The translations under genes and the position numbers were made by a program. From assembly GCA_050949415.1 (NCBI GenBank), contig JBMNFR010000015.1, positions 549,093 through 613,092 on the forward strand: DNA of 64,000 nt, in the 5' to 3' direction. Position 1 is the first letter of the stretch, and the number at the start of each line of letters is the position of its first letter. The stretch comes from Lentisphaeria bacterium. GTDB taxonomy: Bacteria; Verrucomicrobiota; Lentisphaeria; Oligosphaerales; Oligosphaeraceae. Shown piece by piece: positions 9,823 through 19,924 of the stretch. Below the pieces are notes generated by a model, which saw nothing but the letters and a program-made list of their open reading frames with translations, was not told the DNA's origin and did not search any database.

Positions 9823-10616
9823 ACCGCCGACACCTCCGCCATATACTTCGCCATAGCCTCAACCGAGTCTGCCAGCGACGCTTCATCGACTACCCGATAT
9901 TGACGTCCCTTCCGCGCCAGGGTTGGATAGAAAATTTTCACGACCCGCGTTGGCGAGCCTTTCAAGCCGATAGTAGCCGGGTCCAGCCCGAGGTCAGCAG
10001 CAGTGGTGATAGGAATCTCCCGCCGCCGCGCCGCCATTTTGCCAGCCAGAGTCGGCAAGCCGATTTCGCCGATAGCCTTGGTGACGCTGATCAAAGCCGG
10101 CAGACGCAGGCGCCAGCGCTCCAGGCCGGTCTCAACCTTGCGCTCGACTTCCAGGCCCTCTTCATTCACGCTGACCTCGTCAACAAACGTCGCCAGAGAC
10201 AGATTGAGACGGGCGGCGACTTCCGGGCCGACCTGGCCGGTGTCGCCATCCGTCGCCCGTTCGCCAGTGACCACCAAGTCAAAAGGACCGTGCTTCTGCA
10301 ACGCTGCTGACAGCACCACGGCCGTCGCCCAGGTGTCGCTGCCAGCACAGGCGCGATCGCAGACCAGAACCGCGTCATCAGCTCCCAGCGCCAGCACTTC
10401 GCGCAGCGCCTTTTCTGCGGACGCCGGGCCCATGCTCAGCGCCGTCACCGTCGAACCAGGCGCCGCGTCCTTCACAAGCAGCGCCGCCCGCAACGCATAA
10501 GCGTCCAAGGGATTCAAAATTGCGTCGCTGCTTTTGCGCACAACCGTGCCTGTCGTCTCATCCATTTGCACCGAACGCGTGTCCGGAACCTGCTTAATCA
10601 GTACCGCTAATCTCAT
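9819..10616 (-). CDS. etfB: Electron transfer flavoprotein beta subunit
   Basis: Start chosen at MRLAVLIKQVPD, the canonical EtfB N-terminus, with a GGAG ribosome-binding site upstream. The ORF track extends to 10646. Confidence 0.85.
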   Translation of the reverse strand: MRLAVLIKQVPDTRSVQMDETTGTVVRKSSDAILNPLDAYALRAALLVKDAAPGSTVTALSMGPASAEKALREVLALGADDAVLVCDRACAGSDTWATAVVLSAALQKHGPFDLVVTGERATDGDTGQVGPEVAARLNLSLATFVDEVSVNEEGLEVERKVETGLERWRLRLPALISVTKAIGEIGLPTLAGKMAARRREIPITTAADLGLDPATIGLKGSPTRVVKIFYPTLARKGRQYRVVDEASLADSVEAMAKYMAEVSAV

Positions 10617-10807
10617 AAAGCGCTCCGAAAATCTTGAAAACTGCAAAAATAATACTAAAATGCATCTGTCTGAATTTGCAAACTGCCACAGCAGCTTCCA
10701 TCGGCAAAATCAACCCTGGCGGCTTTCCTTTACCGCTGCTGGCACGTATATTGTAATTTTAATCTCAACCCGTCCGCCCCTTGTCCATCATCCCTGGATT
10801 TACGACT

Positions 10808-11470
10808 ATGCTGCATGCTGCCTTGGACACCTCGATTGGAAGCTCCTTTGCCGTTGCCGACGGCTCGACCATCCTTTTCAACACGCATCTGCAAACGCCT
10901 GCGCGTGACAGTGACCGCGAACTTGCTCCCTGGCTCATCGGCCAGCTGGCTGAACACAATATGCAACTGGCCGACATTCGCCGCTGGACTATCGGCATCG
11001 GCCCTGGCAGTTTTTCCGGACTGCGCTTTGGCATCGCCTTTCTGAAAGGCGTCGTCGCTGTCACCGGCGCTGAGCTGCGCGGCGTGCCGTCCTCCCAGGC
11101 TTTGGCTGATGCCGCTGCAGAACACGCCGGCAGCGCCAACCGCGTCGGCGTTCTCCATGATGCGCGTTGCAGCCAAGTTATCCTGACCGTGTATGAACGC
11201 AAGGCTGCCTCCACGCTCAAACTCGTGGCTGAACCAGCCATTCTCCAGCCGGAACAACTTCTGCTGCCGGAATATGCCTGCGACGCCTGGACGACGGCCC
11301 AGCCGGAACTGCTGCCCTCCTTGCCAAAACGCGTGGCCGAGGCGACTTTTGTCCAGCCCTTCCCGGATGCGTCACGTCTCTTGCAAGCCCAAGATGGCGA
11401 CGCGGCCTGTGAACCAGTCTACGTGCGCCCGCCCGTCTTTGTCAGCCCGCAACCGATCCGCAAGCCATAA
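10808..11470 (+). CDS. tsaB: tRNA threonylcarbamoyladenosine biosynthesis protein TsaB (YeaZ family)
   Basis: IGIGPGSFSGLR motif typical of TsaB/YeaZ, and about 220 aa in length. Confidence 0.7.
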   Translation: MLHAALDTSIGSSFAVADGSTILFNTHLQTPARDSDRELAPWLIGQLAEHNMQLADIRRWTIGIGPGSFSGLRFGIAFLKGVVAVTGAELRGVPSSQALADAAAEHAGSANRVGVLHDARCSQVILTVYERKAASTLKLVAEPAILQPEQLLLPEYACDAWTTAQPELLPSLPKRVAEATFVQPFPDASRLLQAQDGDAACEPVYVRPPVFVSPQPIRKP

Positions 11471-11496
11471 CTTCCCGGTGTTGTACGGGGCGCTAA

Positions 11497-13692
11497 TCAA
11501 ACCAGGCGCAGTTGTTCGCCGGGCTTCATGGTGACTGTACGAATGTCCGCCCCTGGCTCCAGGCAGATGCGCAAAGTGCCGCCCTGGGGCGCTTCCACTT
11601 GACAGAACACGGTCTTGCCGCCGGCCCGTCGAGCGCTGATGCGGAAAGCGCCTGGGAAGACGACATCGCGGAATTCGGCCTCGCTCCAAGTCTTCGGGAT
11701 AGCCGCAAACAGGTGAGCCACGCCAGCGCGTTCATGGATCAGCAGGTCAAGCAGAGCAGTGGCGGCCGCCATGGTGCCATCCAGCTGCATCACTTCATGC
11801 GTCTCCTTCGGCTTCAGCATATCGTCCTTGCGGTGCGCGGTAAAGCCCTGGAAGCGAGGAAGGTACGCAGTTGCCAGCGATTCATTCAGGAATATTTCTT
11901 TCCAAATCCGGAACAGCAGCATGGGAGATTCCTGGAAACCACGCCGAGCCTGAATCTGAATCGCCCAGGGGAAGCACCATTCGCTCCACTGTCCCATGCC
12001 GCGCAAAATCCACAAGTCGATAGCAGCGCTGACTGCCGCCTGCTCTTCCTCGTTGAGTTCGCCGCTAAGGTCAAAGGGATAGACCATCGCCAGGTGTGAA
12101 TGATGGCGATGGCAGACATCAAGGTCCTGGCCTTCCCAAATCGCCACCCGACGCTCGGCGCCCTCGCCAATGCAGGTGAAATGCGGCAGGCGCTCTTTAA
12201 GTTCCCGCCAGAACGGGTCTGGCGCCTCGCCCAGAAGCTCGCTGCCCTCCAGCAGGGCATTTGCCAGCACATGCATGCAGGCCAGCTGATACGACGGATC
12301 ACGGCCTGTGTTTTGATTGACCAACCGACCATTGTGCCTGACTTTGAACGAACAGCCGTACTCCGCCGAAATGCTCACCGGCAATGACAACCGGCCCTCA
12401 TGCTCACGCAGAGCCGATTGGTACACCCGCATCACCCCACGCATAAATGGCATGGCACGGCGCCGCAAAAACTCCTGGTCGCCGCTGTAGCGATAATAAT
12501 TCCAGTACAGCATCGCAGTCCAGCCCCCGCAGACAAAATCCAGCGTGGCGCCAGCGCCCATGCCGCCGACCTGCCAACCCCGGTCGTCAACCGCATGCGG
12601 CAACAGCAGTCCGTCATCAATCCCAAACAACGCTTTTGCATTGCTGCGCATGACCGCCTGGAATTCCTCCTGCTCAAGCATGTCAAACAAAGGCAGCGCA
12701 TGCTGGAAATTTCCGGTTGCAAAGGCCAGTGTATAAATCAGTTGGATGTTGACGTTGAAATGATAATCGCAACTCCAGGGCGGACGCTGATAATCCTCCA
12801 GCCAAGGCCCTTGCAGCGACGCCGCCCAGCCCCCAGGCATGGTCGCACAACCGAATTTGTAGAGCGCAAGAAGGAAGAAGTCATTCCAGAATGTCTCTGG
12901 CACGATGAATGTCGGCTGCCGACGCCAGAAGTCAGCCCACCAGCTTGCGATTGACTGCTGCGCTGCTGGCCAGTCCTCCCATCCGTCCAGGCTCTGCTCG
13001 TCACCGTCTGAACTGCGTTCCGCGACCAGACAATAGCCGTAGGAAGTCTGGCGCAAAATAGCCAGAGTGCCAGGGTCTTCGGGACAAGGCTGGAACCACC
13101 CGACCTGCCCGGAGCCGCTCTTGTCAGTCGGCGGCTGATAACCAACTGACTCGAACAAGGCCGACAGCCGGTTCCACATCGGCTCGGCCGTCGTCGAGGT
13201 CACCAGCCGGCACGGGTCCAGCACGTAAAGACGATTGCGTCCTGGTGTCAGCCCCAAGTGCACCTCGCCGGCCGTCGTCACCACCGCGACCATGCCGGTT
13301 CCGTACGCCAGCCGGATATGCTTCAAATCCGCCCCCAGATGCAACACAAGACGACCGCCTGGCACCCGGGTGCCGCGCCAGGACACGCCGCCAAAGTCGT
13401 TCAGCGGCGTCGAGGCCTCAATCAAACGCCGGCTGACGGGCGAGGCGTCTTCCGGCGTCCAGGCCGCAATCAACTCGTCATACGGACACGGCTTCTCAAA
13501 GCGTTGGCTATTGCGATGATCCCAGCACGATGCCAGGCACATGACAATCTCCAGGCGGCGGCCCTCGCCTATAATCAGCACTCCGAGGTCGCCATTAGCC
13601 ATCGGCATCCCGCAATGCACCCTGCGAATAGGGAAATCAAGTCTGAAATCACGCGAGCCAATCTCCATGCCCTTCTCCTTCACAATCGCCAC
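11497..13692 (-). CDS. Glycoside hydrolase, GH95-like (alpha-L-fucosidase-type N-terminal domain plus (alpha/alpha)6 barrel)
   Basis: 731 aa. The N-terminal MANGDLGVLIIG resembles the GH95/GH65 N-terminal motif. The HRHHSHL segment and overall length fit GH95. This is a family-level call only. Confidence 0.5.
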   Translation of the reverse strand: MAIVKEKGMEIGSRDFRLDFPIRRVHCGMPMANGDLGVLIIGEGRRLEIVMCLASCWDHRNSQRFEKPCPYDELIAAWTPEDASPVSRRLIEASTPLNDFGGVSWRGTRVPGGRLVLHLGADLKHIRLAYGTGMVAVVTTAGEVHLGLTPGRNRLYVLDPCRLVTSTTAEPMWNRLSALFESVGYQPPTDKSGSGQVGWFQPCPEDPGTLAILRQTSYGYCLVAERSSDGDEQSLDGWEDWPAAQQSIASWWADFWRRQPTFIVPETFWNDFFLLALYKFGCATMPGGWAASLQGPWLEDYQRPPWSCDYHFNVNIQLIYTLAFATGNFQHALPLFDMLEQEEFQAVMRSNAKALFGIDDGLLLPHAVDDRGWQVGGMGAGATLDFVCGGWTAMLYWNYYRYSGDQEFLRRRAMPFMRGVMRVYQSALREHEGRLSLPVSISAEYGCSFKVRHNGRLVNQNTGRDPSYQLACMHVLANALLEGSELLGEAPDPFWRELKERLPHFTCIGEGAERRVAIWEGQDLDVCHRHHSHLAMVYPFDLSGELNEEEQAAVSAAIDLWILRGMGQWSEWCFPWAIQIQARRGFQESPMLLFRIWKEIFLNESLATAYLPRFQGFTAHRKDDMLKPKETHEVMQLDGTMAAATALLDLLIHERAGVAHLFAAIPKTWSEAEFRDVVFPGAFRISARRAGGKTVFCQVEAPQGGTLRICLEPGADIRTVTMKPGEQLRLV

Positions 13693-13709
13693 CGTCTACC
13701 GCCTGTTAA

Positions 13710-14150
13710 ACTCCCCTCGCCCCTAATGAATTATGAATTATGAATTATGAATTATGAAATGCGCCTCATTCAGCATTCAACATTCAGCATTCAGCATTCA
13801 GCCCCTCGCCCCTCGCCCCTAACGAATTATGAATTATGAATTATGAATTATGAAATGCGCCTCATTCAGCATTCAACATTCAGCATTCAGCATTCAGCCC
13901 CTCGCCCCTCGCCCCTAACGAATTATGAATTATGAATTATGAATTATGAAATGCGCCTCATTCAGCATTCAGCATTCAGCATTCAGCATTCAGCCCCTCG
14001 CCCCTCGCCCCTCGCCCCTCGCCCCTCGCCCCTAAAAAAAGCCCCTCGCCCCTCGCCCCTCGCCCCTCGCCCCTAAAAAAAGCCCCTCGCCCCTCGCCCC
14101 TAAAAAAAGCCCCTCGCCCCTCGCCCCTAAAAAAAGCCCCTCGCCCCTAT
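13710..14150. repeat. Composite microsatellite array: about 120-bp higher-order unit repeated about 3 times, each with (GCCCCTC)n + (GAATTAT)n + (CATTCAG)n, then further (GCCCCTC)n-taaaaaaa units
   Basis: Direct reading. It sits immediately upstream of the GH95-like start (13692, minus strand) and downstream of the 14147-15394 gene. Confidence 0.85.
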
Positions 14151-15394
14151 TCAAACTTTGGGAACGTCTGTTCATTCAGCTGTCTATATCGTTCCACGAT
14201 ATCGAGGTAGGCGTCAAAGCGCTGTTGCGGCGGAACATACTCGAGCTCATATTGGTCCACCACTTGTTCAATCTGGCGTTGTTGCGCCAATGCTTCTGCG
14301 AACGCAGCTCGTGCTTTCCGGAACTCGGTTCGGAACCGTCGTTCGCGGCCGTCAACCAGCAAACCCAGCGCCGCTACATACTGGTCCAAGGCTGGCTGCA
14401 GCAACGGCGATGCATCCTGTCGGATTTCAAGGAAACGTTGCTGCAAATTAGTCAACGCCACTCTATCGAGCTTGTAGTCCTTGAGGATATCAGGCAACTC
14501 ATCCAGCCGGACTCGCTTAACTGCCGCTGGCCCATTGCCGCCAACCACGGCGATAGACTCCAACGCCTCCACCCGGGCTTCAATGGATTCCCGAACATCG
14601 ACTCGTCGACCGCGCCGGCTGACCTGGATAACCTGCTGCTCATACCAGCCCTGCAATGTCTGCCCTGGCTTGAGGTTATTGCTCAGGAGGAACGCGCACG
14701 CCTCCACCGGCGCCCGGCCAAACGCCTCCATTTCCAGCATCTTTCGGAAAATCTCGCCGCGTTGCCCGGGCAACTCCGCCAGGCACGCTGCCAGCAGTTC
14801 AGCATGCAGCATATACAATTGAAACAGGGGCGGCGTCTCGGGAGTGACTCCGCCTTGCAGCAAAATCTCAATCCGCGGGAAATGCCGTTGCGAAAACTGC
14901 TGCCGTGCGACCTGGTAATCCGGCTCATACGCGCCCAGGCGGCCCTGGCCATGCATCACCACTCGATTCGTCAAGGCAGCTGCCAGCCAGTCTGTCGTCG
15001 CTGTCTGCCCTGATGACCGGTCGAACAACTCGCGAGCGCGGCGCGTCAGCAGTCCGCGCATCAGCCGATAGGTGACCGCCATGACGCCTTCATTTTCGTC
15101 ATACTCAATGCGCAGGGCATCGGCGTCATTGCGTTTGGCGCCTGGCTCGATAACGACGACGGCGAGAGTCTTTTCCGGCTGCGAACGGCACTGCAAGAGC
15201 TGGTCAACGACAGTCGAACAAGTGTCGACATAACGGCCGATGTGCCGCGCCTGCTCCACGGTGTGAGCACTAACCCGGAGCCGGCTGCTGGGGATGTTCT
15301 CGAAAAAAGTCAGCGCATGGCAGGCCAAGGTCATCGTCACCAGGAGGGCGACGACCCGGGCAATCCTGCTGTAATGCGCTTTTGCAACAGTCAT
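14147..15394 (-). CDS. hypothetical secreted protein
   Basis: 415 aa with an N-terminal hydrophobic signal-like segment (VVALLVTMTLA). No motif recognised. Confidence 0.45.
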   Translation of the reverse strand: MTVAKAHYSRIARVVALLVTMTLACHALTFFENIPSSRLRVSAHTVEQARHIGRYVDTCSTVVDQLLQCRSQPEKTLAVVVIEPGAKRNDADALRIEYDENEGVMAVTYRLMRGLLTRRARELFDRSSGQTATTDWLAAALTNRVVMHGQGRLGAYEPDYQVARQQFSQRHFPRIEILLQGGVTPETPPLFQLYMLHAELLAACLAELPGQRGEIFRKMLEMEAFGRAPVEACAFLLSNNLKPGQTLQGWYEQQVIQVSRRGRRVDVRESIEARVEALESIAVVGGNGPAAVKRVRLDELPDILKDYKLDRVALTNLQQRFLEIRQDASPLLQPALDQYVAALGLLVDGRERRFRTEFRKARAAFAEALAQQRQIEQVVDQYELEYVPPQQRFDAYLDIVERYRQLNEQTFPKFE

Positions 15395-15441
15395 AGCTGA
15401 TTCCTGTAACTACTCCTGGCGCTGCCAGCCAGCTAGGGCGG

Positions 15442-16491
15442 CTATTCCAAGGCGTTCACAGCGGCGAGGAAATCCATGGCCTGCGCCAGCCAGGACGGCG
15501 GGATATCGTGCGGCCCGGACATCTCGTCTTTGCTTAAAAGCAAATCCGGCTGCAACATCGGCGCTGCCTTCTCGGCAGTCTCTGCCGCAGGGACTAGCAG
15601 CCGATGGCCACCCTGGAGAGTGACGACCTTGACCGGCCCAGGCAAGCCATGCGTCTTTTCTCCAATTAAAAGAGCACCATTTTGGCGCAACTGTCCAGCC
15701 AGAACCTCGGCACTGCCGCTGGTCATATGGTCGACTAAAACCACGACTGGCAAGGCCATCTCCTGGATAACGGCGGCAAACGCGGCCGCTGCCGCAGGGT
15801 CAGCGCCACTGCCCCCCAACAACGACAGGACAACGCCTTTGTTCTTCGCTTGGCGCACCTCCTGTTGTCGTTGCTGCAACTGCTCGACACAGGCAGCGTC
15901 AACCTGCCACACCTGCAACAGCACAAAGTCATTCTCAGCCCCGATCAGGCTTTTCTTGCAACCGCCGACCGGGCTTTCCCCGGAGCCGATGACCGCTGGG
16001 AGCGTATCTTCCAAAATCGCCCTGGTTCCGGTCAAGGCCAACAACTGACGCACAAACTCATCCTGCTCAGCCTCGCTCAACTCAGGCGCCAAGCCGTGTT
16101 CAGACAACACTTGCAGCACTTCAATGCCGATATCGGCAACCGTTACCCGCTTAACCTCTGCTGAACCGCCCGAAGGCGAAGCCGCAGAAGCGTCACTCGA
16201 TGACGACAGCGACTCAGGCGCAGGCGGCGGCTTTGCTGACGCGCTGGACGACGGCGGTTCAGGCGAAGGCGGAGATTTAACTGCCGTGCTGGACGGTGCC
16301 GGTTCAGGCGCAGACGTCGGCTCCGCTGCCGCACTTGCCGACAACGGTGCCGCTGGCTTAGGCAAGCGGATTGGGCTGGTCATCTGGGCGCTAGCCACGG
16401 CGCTTGCGAGCGCCAACGCCCAGAACCACCCCAGCCGCCTCAGCCGAATCTTCAACCTCTGTTGAATTGTCATCATATTACTATCGACCAA
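15442..16491 (-). CDS. S41-family (C-terminal processing peptidase-like) domain protein with Pro/Ser-rich linker
   Basis: The segment VVLVDHMTSGSAEVLAGQLRQNGALLIGEKTHG matches the S41 catalytic-Ser region. It has a signal peptide and a low-complexity PS-rich stretch, and no obvious PDZ domain. Confidence 0.55.
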   Translation of the reverse strand: MVDSNMMTIQQRLKIRLRRLGWFWALALASAVASAQMTSPIRLPKPAAPLSASAAAEPTSAPEPAPSSTAVKSPPSPEPPSSSASAKPPPAPESLSSSSDASAASPSGGSAEVKRVTVADIGIEVLQVLSEHGLAPELSEAEQDEFVRQLLALTGTRAILEDTLPAVIGSGESPVGGCKKSLIGAENDFVLLQVWQVDAACVEQLQQRQQEVRQAKNKGVVLSLLGGSGADPAAAAAFAAVIQEMALPVVVLVDHMTSGSAEVLAGQLRQNGALLIGEKTHGLPGPVKVVTLQGGHRLLVPAAETAEKAAPMLQPDLLLSKDEMSGPHDIPPSWLAQAMDFLAAVNALE

Positions 16492-16800
16492 CTTCGTGTT
16501 TGTTGGAAAAGATTTTTTTCAAATCAGCACTTATGTGTCACCCCTACGGGGCTCAAAATTATATTCCATCTCACCCGGGGCTTCGCTACGCTCACCCTGG
16601 GCTTTTATGTTGCTTGCCCTTCGTGCCGCCAGTACGCCCATCAACGTGAATTCTTCACTACAAGCGCTCATGGCAAAATTTTACACATTAAACAAAATTT
16701 CCGTGTATTCCGCGTATTCAGTGGTTACAAAAACAACCAAAAAAACAAAAATTTCGTGTCCTTTCGTGTTTTTCGTGGTTAAAAAAAATAGGTTATAGTC
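16475..16800. repeat. Family-1 intergenic element (second copy)
   Basis: Shares ctatcgaccaacttc..tgtttt..aaagatttt...ttatgtgtcacccct.cggggctcaaaatt...ctcacccggggcttcgc and the tail aaatttccgtgtattccgcgtattcagtggttacaaa with the 3395-3720 copy. Confidence 0.6.
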
Positions 16801-16863
16801 GGATAGTCCACCCTAAATTTACGCTGCTCTTTGCCCTCCAGCGGCCGGCTTGCCGGGCATACC

Positions 16864-17358
16864 TCAGCGTCCGCGCAATTCCTGGTCAGCCTCCACGACT
16901 TTCTGCCGACGTTTGGCGCGGTCTTCCAACAGTTTTTCGCGCAAGGCAGGGTCTTTGCGGGCTAGGATTTGGGCGGCCAGCAGGGCTGCATTGGTTGCGC
17001 CGCCGCTGCCAATCCCGACCGTCGCCACGGCAATGCCCCCTGGCATCTGCACGGTTGACAGCAAGGCATCAAGCCCATTCAGAGCCCCGCCCTCAACCGG
17101 AATGCCAATCACCGGCAAAATCGTATGCGCAGCAACGACGCCAGCCAGATGCGCCGCCCCGCCTGCCGCCGCGATGATGACCTCCAGGCCGCGCTGCTCT
17201 GCCTGGCTCGCAAACTCACTGACGACTTCCGGCGTCCGATGCGCTGACATCACCCGGACTTCGCATGCGACCCCGAGATTTTTCAAGGTATCCAAGCATC
17301 CCTGCAACTTCGGCAAATCGGAATTGCTGCCCATCAATAATGCCACCCGTGCGCTCAT
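16864..17358 (-). CDS. purE: N5-carboxyaminoimidazole ribonucleotide mutase
   Basis: Start at MSARVALLMGSNSDL with an upstream GGAG. PurE-like glycine-rich segments (IAAAGGAAHLAG, VATVGIGSGGATNAALLA). Confidence 0.85.
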   Translation of the reverse strand: MSARVALLMGSNSDLPKLQGCLDTLKNLGVACEVRVMSAHRTPEVVSEFASQAEQRGLEVIIAAAGGAAHLAGVVAAHTILPVIGIPVEGGALNGLDALLSTVQMPGGIAVATVGIGSGGATNAALLAAQILARKDPALREKLLEDRAKRRQKVVEADQELRGR

Positions 17359-17429
17359 ATAGCCGTCCTTTCTCCGTTTTAATTTCGTGCCCGCAGCCAC
17401 GCGCCTGGCCTGGCCGTGGCCAAGGTCTC

Positions 17430-18224
17430 TCACAAGCCCAGCCTGGAACCGTTGGTCAAAATTTCTTCCAGCTCCGTGTCAGTCAAGCGCAGGCGTTCTT
17501 GCAGCCGCTCTATCTCCGACCCCGGGTCCCACAGCGGATAATCGCTGCCATACAAAAACAAATGCCGTGGAAACGTCTGAAATATCTGCTCCAGGTAATT
17601 CTGTGGAATAGCGAACAGGCTGCTGGAGGTGTCCATGTAAATCTCCATTCCCACCATAGCTTCCACCACATACTGCCAGTGTCGATAGCCGCCAAAATGC
17701 GCGGCGATGATTTGCAGCCGCGGAAAACGCCGCTTGATTGCAGCGACTTTCCAGGGGCAACTGGGATTCTCCGCAGGCGGCAGACTATCGCCGACATGAA
17801 CCATCAGCGTAAATTGACCCTCCATCGCCCCAAACAGCGGCAGCAGCCCGGGGTCGTCAAGCCGAAACCCCTGGAAATCAGGATGTAACTTAATCCCGCG
17901 CACGCCCTGATCCCATAAAAATGCCAGTTCTTCAGACATTTTCTCGTAGGCGGGATGCATCGTCCCAAATGGCGTCACCGCCGGATTCTTCAGCAAGGAG
18001 CACGCCCATCGATTGGCGGGAATGACTTGTTCCGGAGCCGTGGCTGCCGAATGGACAAAGGCGCGACTGATGTGACACCGCGCCAGACGCGGCTGCAAAT
18101 CCTCCCACAAACCCGTCCCTACCGGCGGAATTCGATAATGAGCTTCTAGTTGACGCAGGACTTTCGCCGCTATTTTCGGATGAAAAGCATGCGTATGGAC
18201 ATCAACTCGTTCGGAATCTGACAT
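17430..18224 (-). CDS. Amidohydrolase-2 family metal-dependent TIM-barrel hydrolase
   Basis: 264 aa. N-terminal VDVHTHAF and a later HxH/D pattern typical of amidohydrolase_2. Confidence 0.65.
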   Translation of the reverse strand: MSDSERVDVHTHAFHPKIAAKVLRQLEAHYRIPPVGTGLWEDLQPRLARCHISRAFVHSAATAPEQVIPANRWACSLLKNPAVTPFGTMHPAYEKMSEELAFLWDQGVRGIKLHPDFQGFRLDDPGLLPLFGAMEGQFTLMVHVGDSLPPAENPSCPWKVAAIKRRFPRLQIIAAHFGGYRHWQYVVEAMVGMEIYMDTSSSLFAIPQNYLEQIFQTFPRHLFLYGSDYPLWDPGSEIERLQERLRLTDTELEEILTNGSRLGL

Positions 18225-18341
18225 GATTCTCGCCTCGACTGCTTTCTGTCACCCCACGACCGCGAAAAACGCTCGTGGCGGCCGCCAATCGTTCCTTATT
18301 TAGTTTGACTCATACAATGCCGTCGCCCACGGCGGCCGTGT

Positions 18342-19505
18342 TCAGCATTCATAGACCAGCAACCGGCAATCAATGTTGCCATTTTTCAACGGATGTTCGG
18401 CCAGCGGCCGTATCGGTATGTATTTCATCAGCTGCGGGTTGCCTGTTAACAAACAAACGCGCCAGCCTTGCAGTCGGCGGACTGCCGCGCCCAACTCTTG
18501 GTACAACTGATGGTCTGCGTCCAAACGCACACCGTATGGCGGGTTTGAAATCAGCAGCCGCCGCTGTCCGTCCGCCTGCAATTCGCGCAACGGCATGCAC
18601 CGGAAACTGAGCCGCAGGCCCGCTGCCCGAGCATTGGCCCGGGCGCTCTCCAAAGCCGTCTCATCCAGGTCAAAACCCGTAATCCGCGGCGGATGCCCAT
18701 AAACCTGACCGCGCAACTCACCGCGCAGTCGATTCAGGCGCTCTGCTTCCTTATCGCCAAAATTGGCCCAGCGCTCAAAACCAAAACGCTCCCGCCAAAT
18801 GCCCGGCGGCACCCGACAAGCCCACAGCGCCGCCTCAATCACCAATGTGCCTGAACCGCACATAGGGTCAACCAACGGTATCTTCCGGTCCCAGCCAGAC
18901 AGGCGCAGCGCTGCCGCCGCCAGCGTCTCCTTCAAGGGCGCTTCCCCGCCCGACTGGCGATACCCGCGCTTAAACAACGGCACGCCAGACAAATCAAGGT
19001 AAACCGTAGCCCGCCCCCGCGTCCAATACAAGAACACACGCACATCCGGATCGTCGCGATGCACGTCCGGCCGCACGCCAGTCTCTTCGCGCAAGCGGTC
19101 GACGATGGCGTCCTTGACCCGCAAAGCCGCCAGGTTATTGGCGACACCGCAGCTCTCATGCACAAAAGCCGCCACCGCAAAGGTCTGGTTTCTGGTGAGA
19201 TATTCGCGCCAGTCCAGAGCTTTCGCGCCCTGGTACAACTCATCCTGATCCTGAGCCGGATACCGCCCCAGCACAACCATCACCCGCTGGCCGATTCGGC
19301 TCTGCAAGCAGGCGCGCCAGCCGTCTTCCCAAACTCCAAAAAACGGTATGCCGCCGCGATTCAGGCGCACAGACCGAAAGCCAAGTTCGGAAAGTTCATC
19401 CCGCAAAGCGCCTTCTGCGCCCGGCCCTGACGTGACATAGAACTCCAAGGCGCCCCTGCCGCTGCCCGGCTTCCGGGACGCGCGTTTGCTGTTCGACGTG
19501 ACCAT
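18342..19505 (-). CDS. THUMP-domain class I SAM-dependent RNA methyltransferase (RlmL/RlmK-like, rRNA m2G)
   Basis: 387 aa. SAM motif I VDPMCGSGTLVIEAA and the catalytic NPPYG motif. Confidence 0.75.
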   Translation of the reverse strand: MVTSNSKRASRKPGSGRGALEFYVTSGPGAEGALRDELSELGFRSVRLNRGGIPFFGVWEDGWRACLQSRIGQRVMVVLGRYPAQDQDELYQGAKALDWREYLTRNQTFAVAAFVHESCGVANNLAALRVKDAIVDRLREETGVRPDVHRDDPDVRVFLYWTRGRATVYLDLSGVPLFKRGYRQSGGEAPLKETLAAAALRLSGWDRKIPLVDPMCGSGTLVIEAALWACRVPPGIWRERFGFERWANFGDKEAERLNRLRGELRGQVYGHPPRITGFDLDETALESARANARAAGLRLSFRCMPLRELQADGQRRLLISNPPYGVRLDADHQLYQELGAAVRRLQGWRVCLLTGNPQLMKYIPIRPLAEHPLKNGNIDCRLLVYEC

Positions 19506-19511
19506 GCACTC

Positions 19512-19769
19512 TTATCCCTTGCGCGGCTTGCCGCGCCGTTTCACTAAATCCATTTCCGCTTCCAAGCACTGACCGCGCTGCTGGCGATCAGCTAAATGGC
19601 CTTCCAGCCTGAGCCAGTCCGCCTCAGTCGCAGGCGTGTCATAATCCCACTTCTCCGCCCCCTCCACCAAAAACTGCCATTTGACCTGCCCAGCATGAAC
19701 TCTGACCCGCACCTCCCGACGCAATCCGTCCTCAGTCTTGTCTTTCCAACCTATCCGACGACGCATCAA
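19512..19769 (-). CDS. small hypothetical protein
   Basis: 85 aa; ends 7 nt before the methyltransferase start in the same orientation. No motif recognised. Confidence 0.3.
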   Translation of the reverse strand: MMRRRIGWKDKTEDGLRREVRVRVHAGQVKWQFLVEGAEKWDYDTPATEADWLRLEGHLADRQQRGQCLEAEMDLVKRRGKPRKG

Positions 19770-19924
19770 TCTGCACTCCTCTATTGTCTTCCCTTCCTCC
19801 TGCCAACGCTGAAGTCAAACCGGCGCCGACTTATTATATCTATAAATATGTAATATATGCCATCTTTTCGGCTCTGCACCCCACTAGCCCGGAGTTTGAC
19901 CTCCCGCAAGTAAGCGGTCAGCCA

